Source: an uncultured Dehalococcoidia bacterium
Lineage (GTDB): Bacteria; Chloroflexota; Dehalococcoidia; Lucifugimonadales; CAJWER01
Direction: 5' to 3'
NCBI GenBank assembly: GCA_964384845.1
Contig: CAYLLU010000005.1
Location: forward strand, 12,212-61,666
Length of the DNA: 49,455 bases
The notes under the pieces were generated by a model, which worked only from the letters and a program-made list of their open reading frames with translations, was not told where the DNA came from and did not search any database. Below are positions 39,904-49,391 of this stretch, piece by piece; position 1 is the stretch's first letter, and each line of letters starts with the position of its first letter. The position numbers and the translations under genes were made by a program.

Positions 39904-40902
39904 ATGAATCGACTCATTGTCAAGGGGCCCAGGCAGGTGGAGTTCGAGGATGTTCCGATCCCTAAGTGTCCCGACGACGGACTGCTGGTACGCGCAATCG
40001 TTACAGCAATCAGCACCGGTACTGAGATCCGGGTTTACCGTTGGATTCCTGTGGATACCGAAGGGAAGTATCTCCACGGCGGTATGCTTTTCCCAGATGG
40101 ACCAGTCGAAAATGGTTACTGTATGGTCGCCGAGGTCGTGCAGGTTGGCAAAGACGTGGAGGGCTTTTTGGAGGGCGAGCGCGTATATACTAGTGAGACC
40201 CACAAGGAGTATGCCTGTGTCAATTCGGACGCGGTACTGAAGCTTCCCGACGCCATTTCAACTGAACATGCTGTGATGCTGAATATCCTGGGTGTGGGCC
40301 ACATTGCAGTGCGTACTGGTAAGCCCGATGCGGGGTCTAACGTAGCTGTACTAGGTATGGGTGTTGTTGGTCTTGCGGCCTTAGCTTATTGCAAGGCTTT
40401 CGGTTTTCGTACGGCTGCTATTGACATGAGTGAGACTCGTCTGGGCATTGCGTCGGAGATGGGAGCGGATATCGTCATTAGCCCCACGTCCTCGGAATTC
40501 AAGTCGGAGATGGACGGTCTATTTCCGGAAGGCGCCGATATTGCCATTGAAGCTGCATCGACCTGGCAAGCTATCCAGACTGGCATGGATGTGGTGGGCC
40601 AGGATGGTCGTGTTGTCGTCATTGCGCGTCACACCGACATGCCCCATTACAATCTCGTTGGCCACCCCTATTCGAAGAAGCGTATCAGCCTTCACAATGC
40701 CATGGGGTACGAGGACGATGGACAGCGATGGGATCGTGCACATTGCATGGCACTCACCATCGACATGTTGACCACGGGGCGTTTGGACATTGGCCCGATG
40801 ATGACCCATCGCATCAACTGGTATGAGATTCCTAACGTCTATCAAAGGCTCGACCAGGGCGACTTGGATATCGTAGGCGTCATTGTAGACTGGCGTGATT
40901 GA
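39904..40902 (+). CDS. Medium-chain dehydrogenase/reductase (MDR), BchC/YcjQ-like subtype
   Basis: AISTGTE and GY in place of CxSD/GHE, G.GVVG nucleotide-binding motif, no structural-zinc cysteine loop. Confidence 0.88.
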   Translation: MNRLIVKGPRQVEFEDVPIPKCPDDGLLVRAIVTAISTGTEIRVYRWIPVDTEGKYLHGGMLFPDGPVENGYCMVAEVVQVGKDVEGFLEGERVYTSETHKEYACVNSDAVLKLPDAISTEHAVMLNILGVGHIAVRTGKPDAGSNVAVLGMGVVGLAALAYCKAFGFRTAAIDMSETRLGIASEMGADIVISPTSSEFKSEMDGLFPEGADIAIEAASTWQAIQTGMDVVGQDGRVVVIARHTDMPHYNLVGHPYSKKRISLHNAMGYEDDGQRWDRAHCMALTIDMLTTGRLDIGPMMTHRINWYEIPNVYQRLDQGDLDIVGVIVDWRD

Positions 40903-40933
40903 CCGGAGGGATTATTTGCGAGACCCAGGAGCG

Positions 40934-41251
40934 ATGCTTATGGAGCAAGAGTAGCCCATCAAGGCCATTCAAGTCTGCGAGTCGTCGTGGGCTGAGTCCG
41001 TCGTCCGAACTGAGATCTTCCAAGATAAGGCGCTCTTGGGCGGCACCGTGGAAGTGTTAGATACTCACGGCTCTTCGATAGTTACTCGGTGTTCTCCTTG
41101 GTCTTACGACCCAGACTTCTTAGAATAGCGGGTCGACCTGATTGTCATGATCAAGGGCCTTGGACTTTTCACATGTGGTGGTCATGATATCAAGCGGTCA
41201 AGGGAATCCAAAGGTGTTTTAATCTCAGCAAAAATAATCTGTTTGCCTTGA
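40934..41251 (+). pseudogene. Decayed small gene with two in-frame TAG codons
   Basis: AGGAG RBS then MLMEQE*PIKAIQVCESSWAESVVRTEIFQDKALLGGTVEVLDTHGSSIVTRCSPWSYD...E*R; TAG at 40952 and 41126. Confidence 0.5.
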
Positions 41252-41437
41252 TCGCATAGCTCATCTTGGAAGAGTCGGTAATACGAGGCAAGGTTAAGAG
41301 AGTTTACAGGGGAGAGCACGGTATCGCTAATTCAAGTTAGGACATGACCCTTACGTCACTATATTGACTGTGATACGTCTGCGGACGTACACTTCGCTGA
41401 ACGCCATTTCCTATGTTCGAATTGCAGCAAGGACGGC

Positions 41438-42682
41438 TTGTTGGGCAAACTGGCCTCAAATTCCGCCGATACGGATGTGACTCCGCGGGTGGCGTCGGTT
41501 ATGGCCGAACCGCAATCTCGATTTTTTGGGATAAGTGCTTCTATATTCGAGTCCATGACCATCCGAGATTTTAGGTGGCTGTGGACAAGTTCAATCACTT
41601 CGTTTATGGCCATGAATATACAGATGATGGCCATAAACTGGCTGGCCCTACGTCTGACTAACGACTCGCCACTTGCCGTGGCCGTTGCGACCGTCTCTTT
41701 TGCTCTCCCGATGGTCCTTGTCTCACCCGTGAGTGGCGCAGTGGCCGACCGTATTCCTCGCCGCCGTATGATGATTCTTGCCCAGACTGGGAGTGCGCTG
41801 TTGGCTGTGACCATAGGAGTGCTCGATCTAATCAACTTGATCACCCTTTGGCATATCATCGGGTCGGGGCTTCTTTCTGGAACCATGATGGCCTTTAACA
41901 TGCCTAGTAGACAGGCGATTATTTCGGAGATCGTGCCCGAGAACAAATTGATGAATGGCATCGCGCTCCAGAATTCCGGGATGAACATGACTAGAATAGC
42001 TGGGCCGGCTGTAGCCGGATTCCTCATTATACTGATCGATACGGCCGGCGTATTTTTCGTGGTCACAATCCTCTACTTGATGTCGATATTGGCCATAGCA
42101 GTGATCGATGCGGGTAAGACGGCCAAGTCCAGCTCTGGCAAGGGCATTACCAACGACATTGGCGCGGGCTTCGCGTACGCCGTACGCGAACCGGTACTAC
42201 TTGGACTGATAATCATGGCTTTCATCCCAGTCCTATTTGGGATGTCCTACCACGTACTACTACCTTCCTGGGCCCGAGAAGCCCTTAATGTTGGGGCGGA
42301 AGACCTCGGTGTACTGATGATGACGATGGGTTTAGGAGCACTCGTTGGTAGTCTCCTAGTCGCCGGTCTGCGTAATTCCTCCAATCGAGGCATGCTACTG
42401 TTGGGGAGTTGCGTATCGTGGGGGATAGCCCTGGCAGTGTTTGCTCAGACCACTTCCTATCTAGAGGCCCTCCCTCTTCTTTTGTTCGTGGGGCTGGCCA
42501 GTTCCGTCTTCATGTCGCTCAACATGACACTACTCCAGATCACCGCCTCTCCAGAGATGCGGGGAAGGATAATGAGCATTGCGATGATGACCTTTGGAGT
42601 GATGCCTCTCAGTGCGGTGCCTATCGGTTTATTGGCCGATAAGATCGGGACACCCCATGCACTGATGACGAGAGGTATCTAG
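41438..42682 (+). CDS. MFS transporter (EntS/DHA3-like), apparently cut short by a TAG within the last TM helix
   Basis: G.VADR.PRR, PSRQAI, RIAGP..AG, MRGR.MS, G.LAD..G; in-frame hydrophobic continuation to TAA at 42742; start may be later (ATG 41501). Confidence 0.88.
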   Translation: MLGKLASNSADTDVTPRVASVMAEPQSRFFGISASIFESMTIRDFRWLWTSSITSFMAMNIQMMAINWLALRLTNDSPLAVAVATVSFALPMVLVSPVSGAVADRIPRRRMMILAQTGSALLAVTIGVLDLINLITLWHIIGSGLLSGTMMAFNMPSRQAIISEIVPENKLMNGIALQNSGMNMTRIAGPAVAGFLIILIDTAGVFFVVTILYLMSILAIAVIDAGKTAKSSSGKGITNDIGAGFAYAVREPVLLGLIIMAFIPVLFGMSYHVLLPSWAREALNVGAEDLGVLMMTMGLGALVGSLLVAGLRNSSNRGMLLLGSCVSWGIALAVFAQTTSYLEALPLLLFVGLASSVFMSLNMTLLQITASPEMRGRIMSIAMMTFGVMPLSAVPIGLLADKIGTPHALMTRGI

Positions 42683-42916
42683 CTTGACGCTTTCACTCTT
42701 CTATTTGCGATCGCATACCCACCATTCAGAAAAGTTGCCTAAGGTGATGGGCGGTCTCATCGCTGGTGGTCTTTCTGGGGGTGGGCAAGGGAATCCAGTC
42801 CTGGCGCCCGTCTTCATATGGTCGAAGGGGCTAGGCCTGAGGGTTTCTTTAAGAACACAATCCATTATTTTGTCTTATTCCCCCACTGATGAAATCATTA
42901 TGAATGAGGTGCACAA

Positions 42917-43969
42917 ATGACTAACCGTGAACAAACTGGAATGGCTCAGACGGTCCTGGGCCTTATTCGGCCCGAGGAGTTGGGCCCAACCACGACACAC
43001 GAGCACCTGCTCATAGACTTCAAGGTCATGTACCATCCGCCGGCTGAGGCCACTGACCTTCACAAGTCTCTACAGCCCGTGTCGTTGGAGAACCTGGCAT
43101 GGGTCAGGTATGATCAGTTTAGGAGCCGCGACAATATGGAGATCCTAGATGAAGAGCTTGCCATTTCGGAGGCACTTCTCTTCAAGAGACATGGTGGTAA
43201 AACCATTGTGGACGCCACTACCATTGGCATCGGACGCGATCCACTGGCACTAGCTCGAATCTCACGGGCAACAGGACTGAACGTCATCATGGGAGCTGGC
43301 TATTATGTAGGTGCAGCTCATCCAGATGGAATGGACGAGAAAACCGCTGAGGAGATTGGTGCACAGATTGTCGGGGAACTGACTACCGGGGTCGGCGACA
43401 CTGGTGTTAAAGCAGGTATAATTGGCGAGTTGGGCTGTTCATGGCCCCTTGACGGCAACGAACGCAAAGTGCTGATTGGGGGAGCACTAGCTCAGCGGAA
43501 AACCGGAGCACCCATACTCATTCATCCTGGCAGAAATCCCCAGGCACCGTTCGAGATATTGGACGTGTTGGAGGCGGAGGGTGCGGATATCGGTCGTGTG
43601 ATAATGGGCCATCTGGATCGCACAGTCTTCGACGATGGGTTGTTGCTCGAACTTGCCAATCGAGGGCCTTATCTGGAGTATGACCTGTGGGGATGGGAGA
43701 CCTCGTTCTATCCACTTGGAGATGTCGATATCCCAACCGATGCTCAGCGTATCGCATGGGTAAAAATGCTGATTGATGCAGGGTATGGGGAGCGTATCGT
43801 TCTGGCTCATGACGTCTTCGCTAAGACCAGACTTGTGGCCTATGGAGGTTTCGGCATGGGCCACATCCTTGAGAATATCGTGCCCAGGATGCGGCAGAAG
43901 GGTATCTCAGAGTCCGATATCGGCAACATGCTCGTTCGCAACCCGGCAAGAATATTAGCTTTCACATAG
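42917..43969 (+). CDS. Phosphotriesterase-related protein (PTER/PHP type)
   Basis: TVLG, THEHL, GIIGELG (bridging Glu), IHPGR, HLDR, EYD, AHD, NP.R.L. Confidence 0.93.
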   Translation: MTNREQTGMAQTVLGLIRPEELGPTTTHEHLLIDFKVMYHPPAEATDLHKSLQPVSLENLAWVRYDQFRSRDNMEILDEELAISEALLFKRHGGKTIVDATTIGIGRDPLALARISRATGLNVIMGAGYYVGAAHPDGMDEKTAEEIGAQIVGELTTGVGDTGVKAGIIGELGCSWPLDGNERKVLIGGALAQRKTGAPILIHPGRNPQAPFEILDVLEAEGADIGRVIMGHLDRTVFDDGLLLELANRGPYLEYDLWGWETSFYPLGDVDIPTDAQRIAWVKMLIDAGYGERIVLAHDVFAKTRLVAYGGFGMGHILENIVPRMRQKGISESDIGNMLVRNPARILAFT

Positions 43970-43999
43970 TGACTAGCTAGGACGAAAGAGAGGACGAAA

Positions 44000-44467
44000 T
44001 TGGGAATACGTGAGGACACACTTCAGCGTTTGGGGATTGAGTTGCCGCCACTACAGCAGCCGGTCGCAAACTACGTGTCCGCCGTGCGGATCGGGAGTCT
44101 GCTCTTCCTTGCAGGCGCTGGGCCTGCGGTTCCAACGGGTGACAAGATGTTGAAGGGTAAGCTTGGCCGGGACCTGAGCGTGGAGGAGGGCTATGAAGCT
44201 GCCCGTTCGGTCGGACTCGTCCAGATCGCCAGGCTCAAGTATGAACTAGGAGAATTGAGCAGGGTAGAGAGGGTCTTAAAGCTCCTAGCCATGGTTAACT
44301 GTACTCCAGGCTTTACTGATCACCCTGCCGTGATTAATGGTTGCTCTGACCTGCTCGTCGAGATCTTCGGTGACGCCGGGCGTCACGCCCGCTCCGCGGT
44401 TGGTATGAGTAATCTTCCCTTCGGTATCCCGGTGGAGATAGAGATGATCGTCCAGGTCGCGGACTGA
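44000..44467 (+). CDS. Rid (YjgF/YER057c/UK114) family protein, ~155-aa subtype
   Basis: PVANYV, GKLG, NGCSDLL...FG..GRHARSAVG...LP....VEIE. Confidence 0.93.
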   Translation: MGIREDTLQRLGIELPPLQQPVANYVSAVRIGSLLFLAGAGPAVPTGDKMLKGKLGRDLSVEEGYEAARSVGLVQIARLKYELGELSRVERVLKLLAMVNCTPGFTDHPAVINGCSDLLVEIFGDAGRHARSAVGMSNLPFGIPVEIEMIVQVAD

Positions 44468-44529
44468 GCAAAGATTACCGCAGATGACTAAAAAATTGCC
44501 GAGAAATCATTTTATGGGAGGCGCAAATT

Positions 44530-44997
44530 ATGGGTTCAATCGAAGATCGGATTAAGAGTCTTGGGTACACGCTGCCTGATGCGGCGACACCTGTTGCCAA
44601 CTATGTGCCAACTGTCCATGTGAAAAGTGCCGGGCTAGTTTTTACATCTGGGCACGTTCCGCGTACGGTGAATGGTGACTTTTGGACTGGGAAACTTGGT
44701 GTCGACATCAGTGTCGATGAGGCGTACAAAGCGGCACAAAACACAGTGCTTGGAATCCTCGCGTCGTTGAAGAACGAGTTGAGTAACTTGGACAGGGTAT
44801 CTCGCATCGTGAAACTGCTTTGCCTGGTGAACTCTGCCCCGGATTTCACAGACCATCCACTGGTCGCGAACGGGGCGTCTGACCTGCTCGTCGAAATTTT
44901 TGGTGATAGGGGCAGACACTCCCGGTCAGCGGTGGGCCTAGCTGCCCTTCCCGGGAACGTCTGCATAGAAGTTGAAATGGTTGTTGAGGTTTCATAG
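44530..44997 (+). CDS. Rid family protein, tandem paralogue
   Basis: PVANYVP, SGH.P, NGASDLL...FG..GRHSRSAVG...LP....IEVE. Confidence 0.93.
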   Translation: MGSIEDRIKSLGYTLPDAATPVANYVPTVHVKSAGLVFTSGHVPRTVNGDFWTGKLGVDISVDEAYKAAQNTVLGILASLKNELSNLDRVSRIVKLLCLVNSAPDFTDHPLVANGASDLLVEIFGDRGRHSRSAVGLAALPGNVCIEVEMVVEVS

Positions 44998-45013
44998 TAA
45001 CTTAGGAGTATGT

Positions 45014-45703
45014 ATGGGCCGTATAGCGCTGGTCGGCGGGAACGAATTCAGGGCTGGCTGCGAGGTAATGGACCGGGCTGTGCTTGCTGCCACTGGTGTG
45101 GCACACCCCAGCGTCGCTATTGTCCCGACTGCCGCCGCCGCGCAAAACCCGTCGATGGCTGCGGCCAACGGCGTTTCGTACTTCGGACTGCTGGGAGCCG
45201 ACGCTTGGCCACTTATGCTCCTCTGGTCCGCCGATGCGGATGATCCAAAGAATGTTTCACGCCTTGCCGATGCTGATCTCGTGTACCTGACTGGCGGCGA
45301 CCCTGGGCATCTGCTGAAGGTACTGTCTGGCTCCAAGTTCCTCGATTGCTTAAAGCGCATGTTAAGTAGGGGGGCAGTTTTGGCCGGGTCCAGCGCCGGG
45401 GCGATGATTATGGGTTCGTGGATGGGTTTTCCGGACTGGCAGCCTGCCCTTGGAATTCTGCCACATGTTGCACTCCTTCCTCACCACGAGGGGAGCGACC
45501 CTGATAGAACACTGGCGCTCCTTGCGGGGACCATTCTGAACGGCGTTGTCTGCATCGGAGTGGAGTCTGGGACAGCCTGCTTATCCGGAACCAACGGTTG
45601 GACTGTTGTTGGTGAGGGGTCGGTAATTCTGTATTCGTATGATGGTTGGGAACAGTTCGAGAGTGGAGTGACCCTGCCAATTGGGGCCGCCCTGAGCGTC
45701 TAA
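45014..45703 (+). CDS. Peptidase S51/cyanophycinase-like protein (class I glutamine amidotransferase fold)
   Basis: LVGGNE, PTA, YLTGGD, GSSAGA (Ser nucleophile), PH; ATG at 45014 follows AGGAG. Confidence 0.88.
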   Translation: MGRIALVGGNEFRAGCEVMDRAVLAATGVAHPSVAIVPTAAAAQNPSMAAANGVSYFGLLGADAWPLMLLWSADADDPKNVSRLADADLVYLTGGDPGHLLKVLSGSKFLDCLKRMLSRGAVLAGSSAGAMIMGSWMGFPDWQPALGILPHVALLPHHEGSDPDRTLALLAGTILNGVVCIGVESGTACLSGTNGWTVVGEGSVILYSYDGWEQFESGVTLPIGAALSV

Positions 45704-45731
45704 CTCAGATTGGATCTGGTATGGAATTGAA

Positions 45732-46502
45732 ATGAGGCTTGTTGGGAAGGTTGCACTTGTGACTGGCGGCGGTTCCGGAATTGGGGCGGCTGCCGCACTG
45801 CTCTTTGCCCAAGAGGGGGCTCACGTTGTTGTCGCGGACTTTGCGTTATCGCGTGCTGCAAAGGTTGCTCAGCAGATTAGAGCGGCGGGTGGTACGGTTC
45901 TCGCTGTTGAAGGAGATGTCTCCGTAGCCGATGATTCTCGTAATATGGTGCAGGTCGCAGTTGATGGTTTTGGAGGACTCGACGCACTAGTAAACAGCGC
46001 AGGAGTGACTGCACGCAACGCTCTCAATCCCGACGCCAGTCCAGAGGCGGTGTGGGACAGGGTGATCAAGGTAAACCTCAAGGGTACCTACCTCGTGTCC
46101 TGGCACGCTGTTGCGCATATGAAACACTTTGGTGGAGGGTCCATCGTTAATCTTTCGTCCATCATGGGGCTCGTTGGATACCCACGTGGCATGGGGGGAG
46201 GGTTCAATCCTTACCCTGCTTCTAAGGGAGGTATTGTCCAACTCACGAAGAGTATGGCGATTGATCTAGGACGGGAAGGCATCCGAGTCAACTGCATCTG
46301 TCCGGGGTTCACCCAGACCAGGTTGACCGAGGAATTACTGAGTGATCCCGACATCAGACAAGGGCTAGAAGAGCGCCATCCTATGGGACGTCTTGGACGG
46401 CCGGAAGAGATCGCCAATGCGGCGCTGTATTTGGTGTCGGACGAGGCGTCCTTTGTTACGGGGATATCTCTTGCCGTGGATGGTGGATATACTGCCCAAT
46501 AG
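45732..46502 (+). CDS. SDR family oxidoreductase
   Basis: TGGGSGIG, NSAG, YPASK, CPG, VDGGY. Confidence 0.94.
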   Translation: MRLVGKVALVTGGGSGIGAAAALLFAQEGAHVVVADFALSRAAKVAQQIRAAGGTVLAVEGDVSVADDSRNMVQVAVDGFGGLDALVNSAGVTARNALNPDASPEAVWDRVIKVNLKGTYLVSWHAVAHMKHFGGGSIVNLSSIMGLVGYPRGMGGGFNPYPASKGGIVQLTKSMAIDLGREGIRVNCICPGFTQTRLTEELLSDPDIRQGLEERHPMGRLGRPEEIANAALYLVSDEASFVTGISLAVDGGYTAQ

Positions 46503-46526
46503 GAGTCGAGCACACGTCGTGGGCAT

Positions 46527-47312
46527 CTACTCGGAGGAGATGGTGGTACTGGAGAAGTACTCTAGCTCGTATATGTGAGACTTCCAGACTTCACTGTATA
46601 TTGCCTCCATGGCTTTCTTGCCGGGTCGTTCAACCGCCAGACGCCGTTTTAGAACCTCGGCATCTGGTTTTGTCAGATAGACACAACTATCTTCGAGCCC
46701 CTTGAGAGTGGTTTTCTCACCACCTAGTAATATGTAATTTATCCGGTCATTGTAAGGAGTGAACACGGTGCGTATAACCTTGCACGTCTTATCGAATATC
46801 TCGTGGATCTGGCGTTCCCGGCTCCTCTCGAAACGCCGTTGAGACGAGCCTCCCTGCTTGTGTCGGTTCTTGACGTAGCGTGAACCGGATTTGGACGTCA
46901 CCAGCTTCTCTCCATGAATGACCCCGACCGAATAGTGACCCAGCCTCAGTAGAACGACGCCAACCACGATATTTCTGTCAAGCAGTTCCGTCAGTGGCGA
47001 GATATCGATGCCTTTCACAAAGGAGTCTTTATCTATTGGAAAGGGTGGTGCGATAGCGATGGCCGAACTATCACTCATGAAGATAGCTAGCCCTGTCTCC
47101 GACTCAGGGACACTGTGCAGCACTGCGGCTATTTCCGACCCGGCATGGTGAGCGACTTTGGCTTGAGGCTTGATGTGCAACGTGCGGGAAATCTTGTTAG
47201 AGTCTTCTAGCCTAGCTAGCAACTTTAGGACACCTGGCTTCGTGACCCAGCGACGCCTGGCTATAACAAGCTCAGACGCCTTGTCTGGACTATTGGTGGT
47301 GTTTTTTGGCAT
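46527..47312 (-). CDS. acVLRF1-type (Vms1-like) release-factor/peptidyl-tRNA hydrolase homologue
   Basis: VGVVLLRLG.Y.VG, SRYVKNRHKQGGSSQRRFERSRE, LGGE: the GGxSQ loop of the VLRF1 clade. Confidence 0.82.
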   Translation of the reverse strand: MPKNTTNSPDKASELVIARRRWVTKPGVLKLLARLEDSNKISRTLHIKPQAKVAHHAGSEIAAVLHSVPESETGLAIFMSDSSAIAIAPPFPIDKDSFVKGIDISPLTELLDRNIVVGVVLLRLGHYSVGVIHGEKLVTSKSGSRYVKNRHKQGGSSQRRFERSRERQIHEIFDKTCKVIRTVFTPYNDRINYILLGGEKTTLKGLEDSCVYLTKPDAEVLKRRLAVERPGKKAMEAIYSEVWKSHIYELEYFSSTTISSE

Positions 47313-47334
47313 AGATCAATTGTACCTAGGGCTC

Positions 47335-47363
47335 TTGACGAAGGTCTCGGACGACCATACACT
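47335..47363 (+). promoter_or_regulatory. Sigma70-type promoter for rpiB
   Basis: TTGACG-N17-TACACT, 44 nt before the start codon. Confidence 0.55.
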
Positions 47364-47407
47364 TCGAGTTGTTATCAGTATACATTTAGAACGATGAAGG
47401 TGATCAG

Positions 47408-47869
47408 TTGCGAATTGTCATAGGTGCGGACCATGCTGGATTTCCCATAAAGGCGCATCTCATGGGATATCTAGAATCTCTTGGCCATGAGATCGTCGAA
47501 GTAGGGGCCTTTTCCGTTGATCCAGACGATGATTACCCTGATTTTGCCGCCGAGGTTGCGCGGCGAGTCGCCAGAGGCGATGTGACGCGGGGCATCATGG
47601 TCTGCGGGAGTGGTGTGGGGGCGAGTGTCGCGGCTAACAAGGTAGTCGGCATTCGGGCGTCGGTTTGCCACGACGTATACTCGGCCCACCAGGGTGTGGA
47701 GCACGATGACATGAACGTGCTGTGTGTAGGGGCCCGTATCATAGGAGAGGAGGTTGCTAAGGAGTTGGTAGCCGCCTTTGCCGGAGCCCGGTTTTCCGGT
47801 GAGGAACGACACAAGCGTCGCCTGGATAAGGTCTTAGCGATGGAGGCCGAGATGGCTCAAGAGCCTTAG
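47408..47869 (+). CDS. rpiB: Ribose 5-phosphate isomerase B
   Basis: GADHAG, DYPD, CGSGVG...AANK..GIR, HDDMNVL, RH.RR..K. Confidence 0.96.
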   Translation: MRIVIGADHAGFPIKAHLMGYLESLGHEIVEVGAFSVDPDDDYPDFAAEVARRVARGDVTRGIMVCGSGVGASVAANKVVGIRASVCHDVYSAHQGVEHDDMNVLCVGARIIGEEVAKELVAAFAGARFSGEERHKRRLDKVLAMEAEMAQEP

Positions 47870-48337
47870 ACGGACTCAGGCCAAGCACTTGGTGGGCAAA
47901 TCTTCGACAGTATTTTACCGTAATAGACTAGGTGGATAGTTCTCACGCTGCAGGTCGTCTCTTCCTATTCCTCATATGGGAAAACAACATTGTTGGGCGC
48001 GTGTCGTCAACTTCTCCTGACTGGTTCTAGTGATGGAATCAATTCACGAGTCCTTGAACGCTCATATGATGCTGGCCCTATCGATCTCGCCAGATCAGAA
48101 GAACACCGTCGAGGATTTACTAGGGACGATCAGCGCTGAGGGGATATCCCGGATCTGAGACTGTATCTCATCGAGTATCCACGTATAGTCATTAGTAGTA
48201 GACGTGGCCGTTTTGAAGTTAATCATTCCATAAGGCAATTCATTATCCAAAAGTGAGTTGTTGGAGAGCCTGCAGACCATCGGTGCGCCTCGCGTTGCTA
48301 TCAACGATATCCTGGCACCTAGCCGGATGCGGGCGCT

Positions 48338-48835
48338 CTAGTTGTATTCGGCGCCCATAAGACATACGACGGGCCTGCAGGTCTCCTCAGCTTGCTGGAA
48401 TGCAGACGAGATAAGGACCGCGTCGTCGTTGTTCTCGATCAGAAAGTAGTTTATGCCCCAGGCGTGTAGGATCGGCTCGGTGTATCGGGCTGCTGAGTCC
48501 TCTATGGCACCCTGACGAGTCCATCCCCTGTAACCGATCATAATGACCATCGGGATCTGGATGTCTAGTGCGAGTCCCCGAATCGAGTCGCCGGACTCAA
48601 AGAACCCGGTATTCTGAATCATCGTAACCGGCTTCTTACCGCCTACCCAGAGCCCTGCGGCGATAGCCATGCTCTCGCCCTCTCGGCATATAGGTACGAT
48701 GGAAATCGACGTGTCGGCTACCATCTCTTCGTACATGAAACTGGTCTCGCTGTCTGGGAGCCAGACGGCGTGGGTTATGTTATTTTGGTGAAGTTGGCCA
48801 ATGATCGCTGCAGGACTGATCCTGGGCTCGTTCAA
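48338..48835 (-). CDS. Sulfopyruvate/phosphonopyruvate decarboxylase alpha-subunit-like protein (ComD-like)
   Basis: LPDS, REGE..AIAAG, MIQN.G, P.V.MIGYRG; 165 aa, TPP N-terminal (PYR) domain only. Confidence 0.8.
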   Translation of the reverse strand: MNEPRISPAAIIGQLHQNNITHAVWLPDSETSFMYEEMVADTSISIVPICREGESMAIAAGLWVGGKKPVTMIQNTGFFESGDSIRGLALDIQIPMVIMIGYRGWTRQGAIEDSAARYTEPILHAWGINYFLIENNDDAVLISSAFQQAEETCRPVVCLMGAEYN

Positions 48836-49391
48836 TGAGTATGACTCCGTTCGATAATTGAGGGTTGCTTAGGTCCATTCTAGCGGGCTTCAGAACACAT
48901 CTCACTATCATGACATGTGCCTCTTGGTGGAGGGCACAGCCTTGATCATATAAGGTTAACCTACCAAACAAGGTGCGTCAGTTCCTGTGGTAAGGTGCCA
49001 ACAAATACGCCCAGACGCTTAATTCTACCAAAAGTATCCCATGGTCTCTGGTGGTGGACTGATGCGATACACTAGGTAGCTGGTTTTGGAAAACCATGTC
49101 TAAGGTATTCAGGAGTTCTCTTAGCGGACTGATGTACTTGATGGCAAGGCCAACTTGGACCCGTCATTCAAATTCCCTGGTTATCCTGAAATTTTTTGGG
49201 ACATGTTAGTGTCGGCTGTTTAGGAGATGGCTCAGATGGTGAGGAATAATGTTAATAGCAGCTCTCCGCCCCGTTGTGCGCGTAACACATTGGATTTTTG
49301 GTATGTTAGATTTGCAGGCACGAGACAGTGCCAAGATTCATTTGTCTTTGCCAAGGACCTAAACCGCAATTATTGAACGGAGGGATTGATT

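Noticed and set aside
40952-42682. Genome-wide TAG recoding, suggested by three in-frame TAG codons
   Set aside because: Many intact genes here end at TAG exactly where their families end (e.g. 43969, 44997, 46502, 47869), so TAG is a normal stop.
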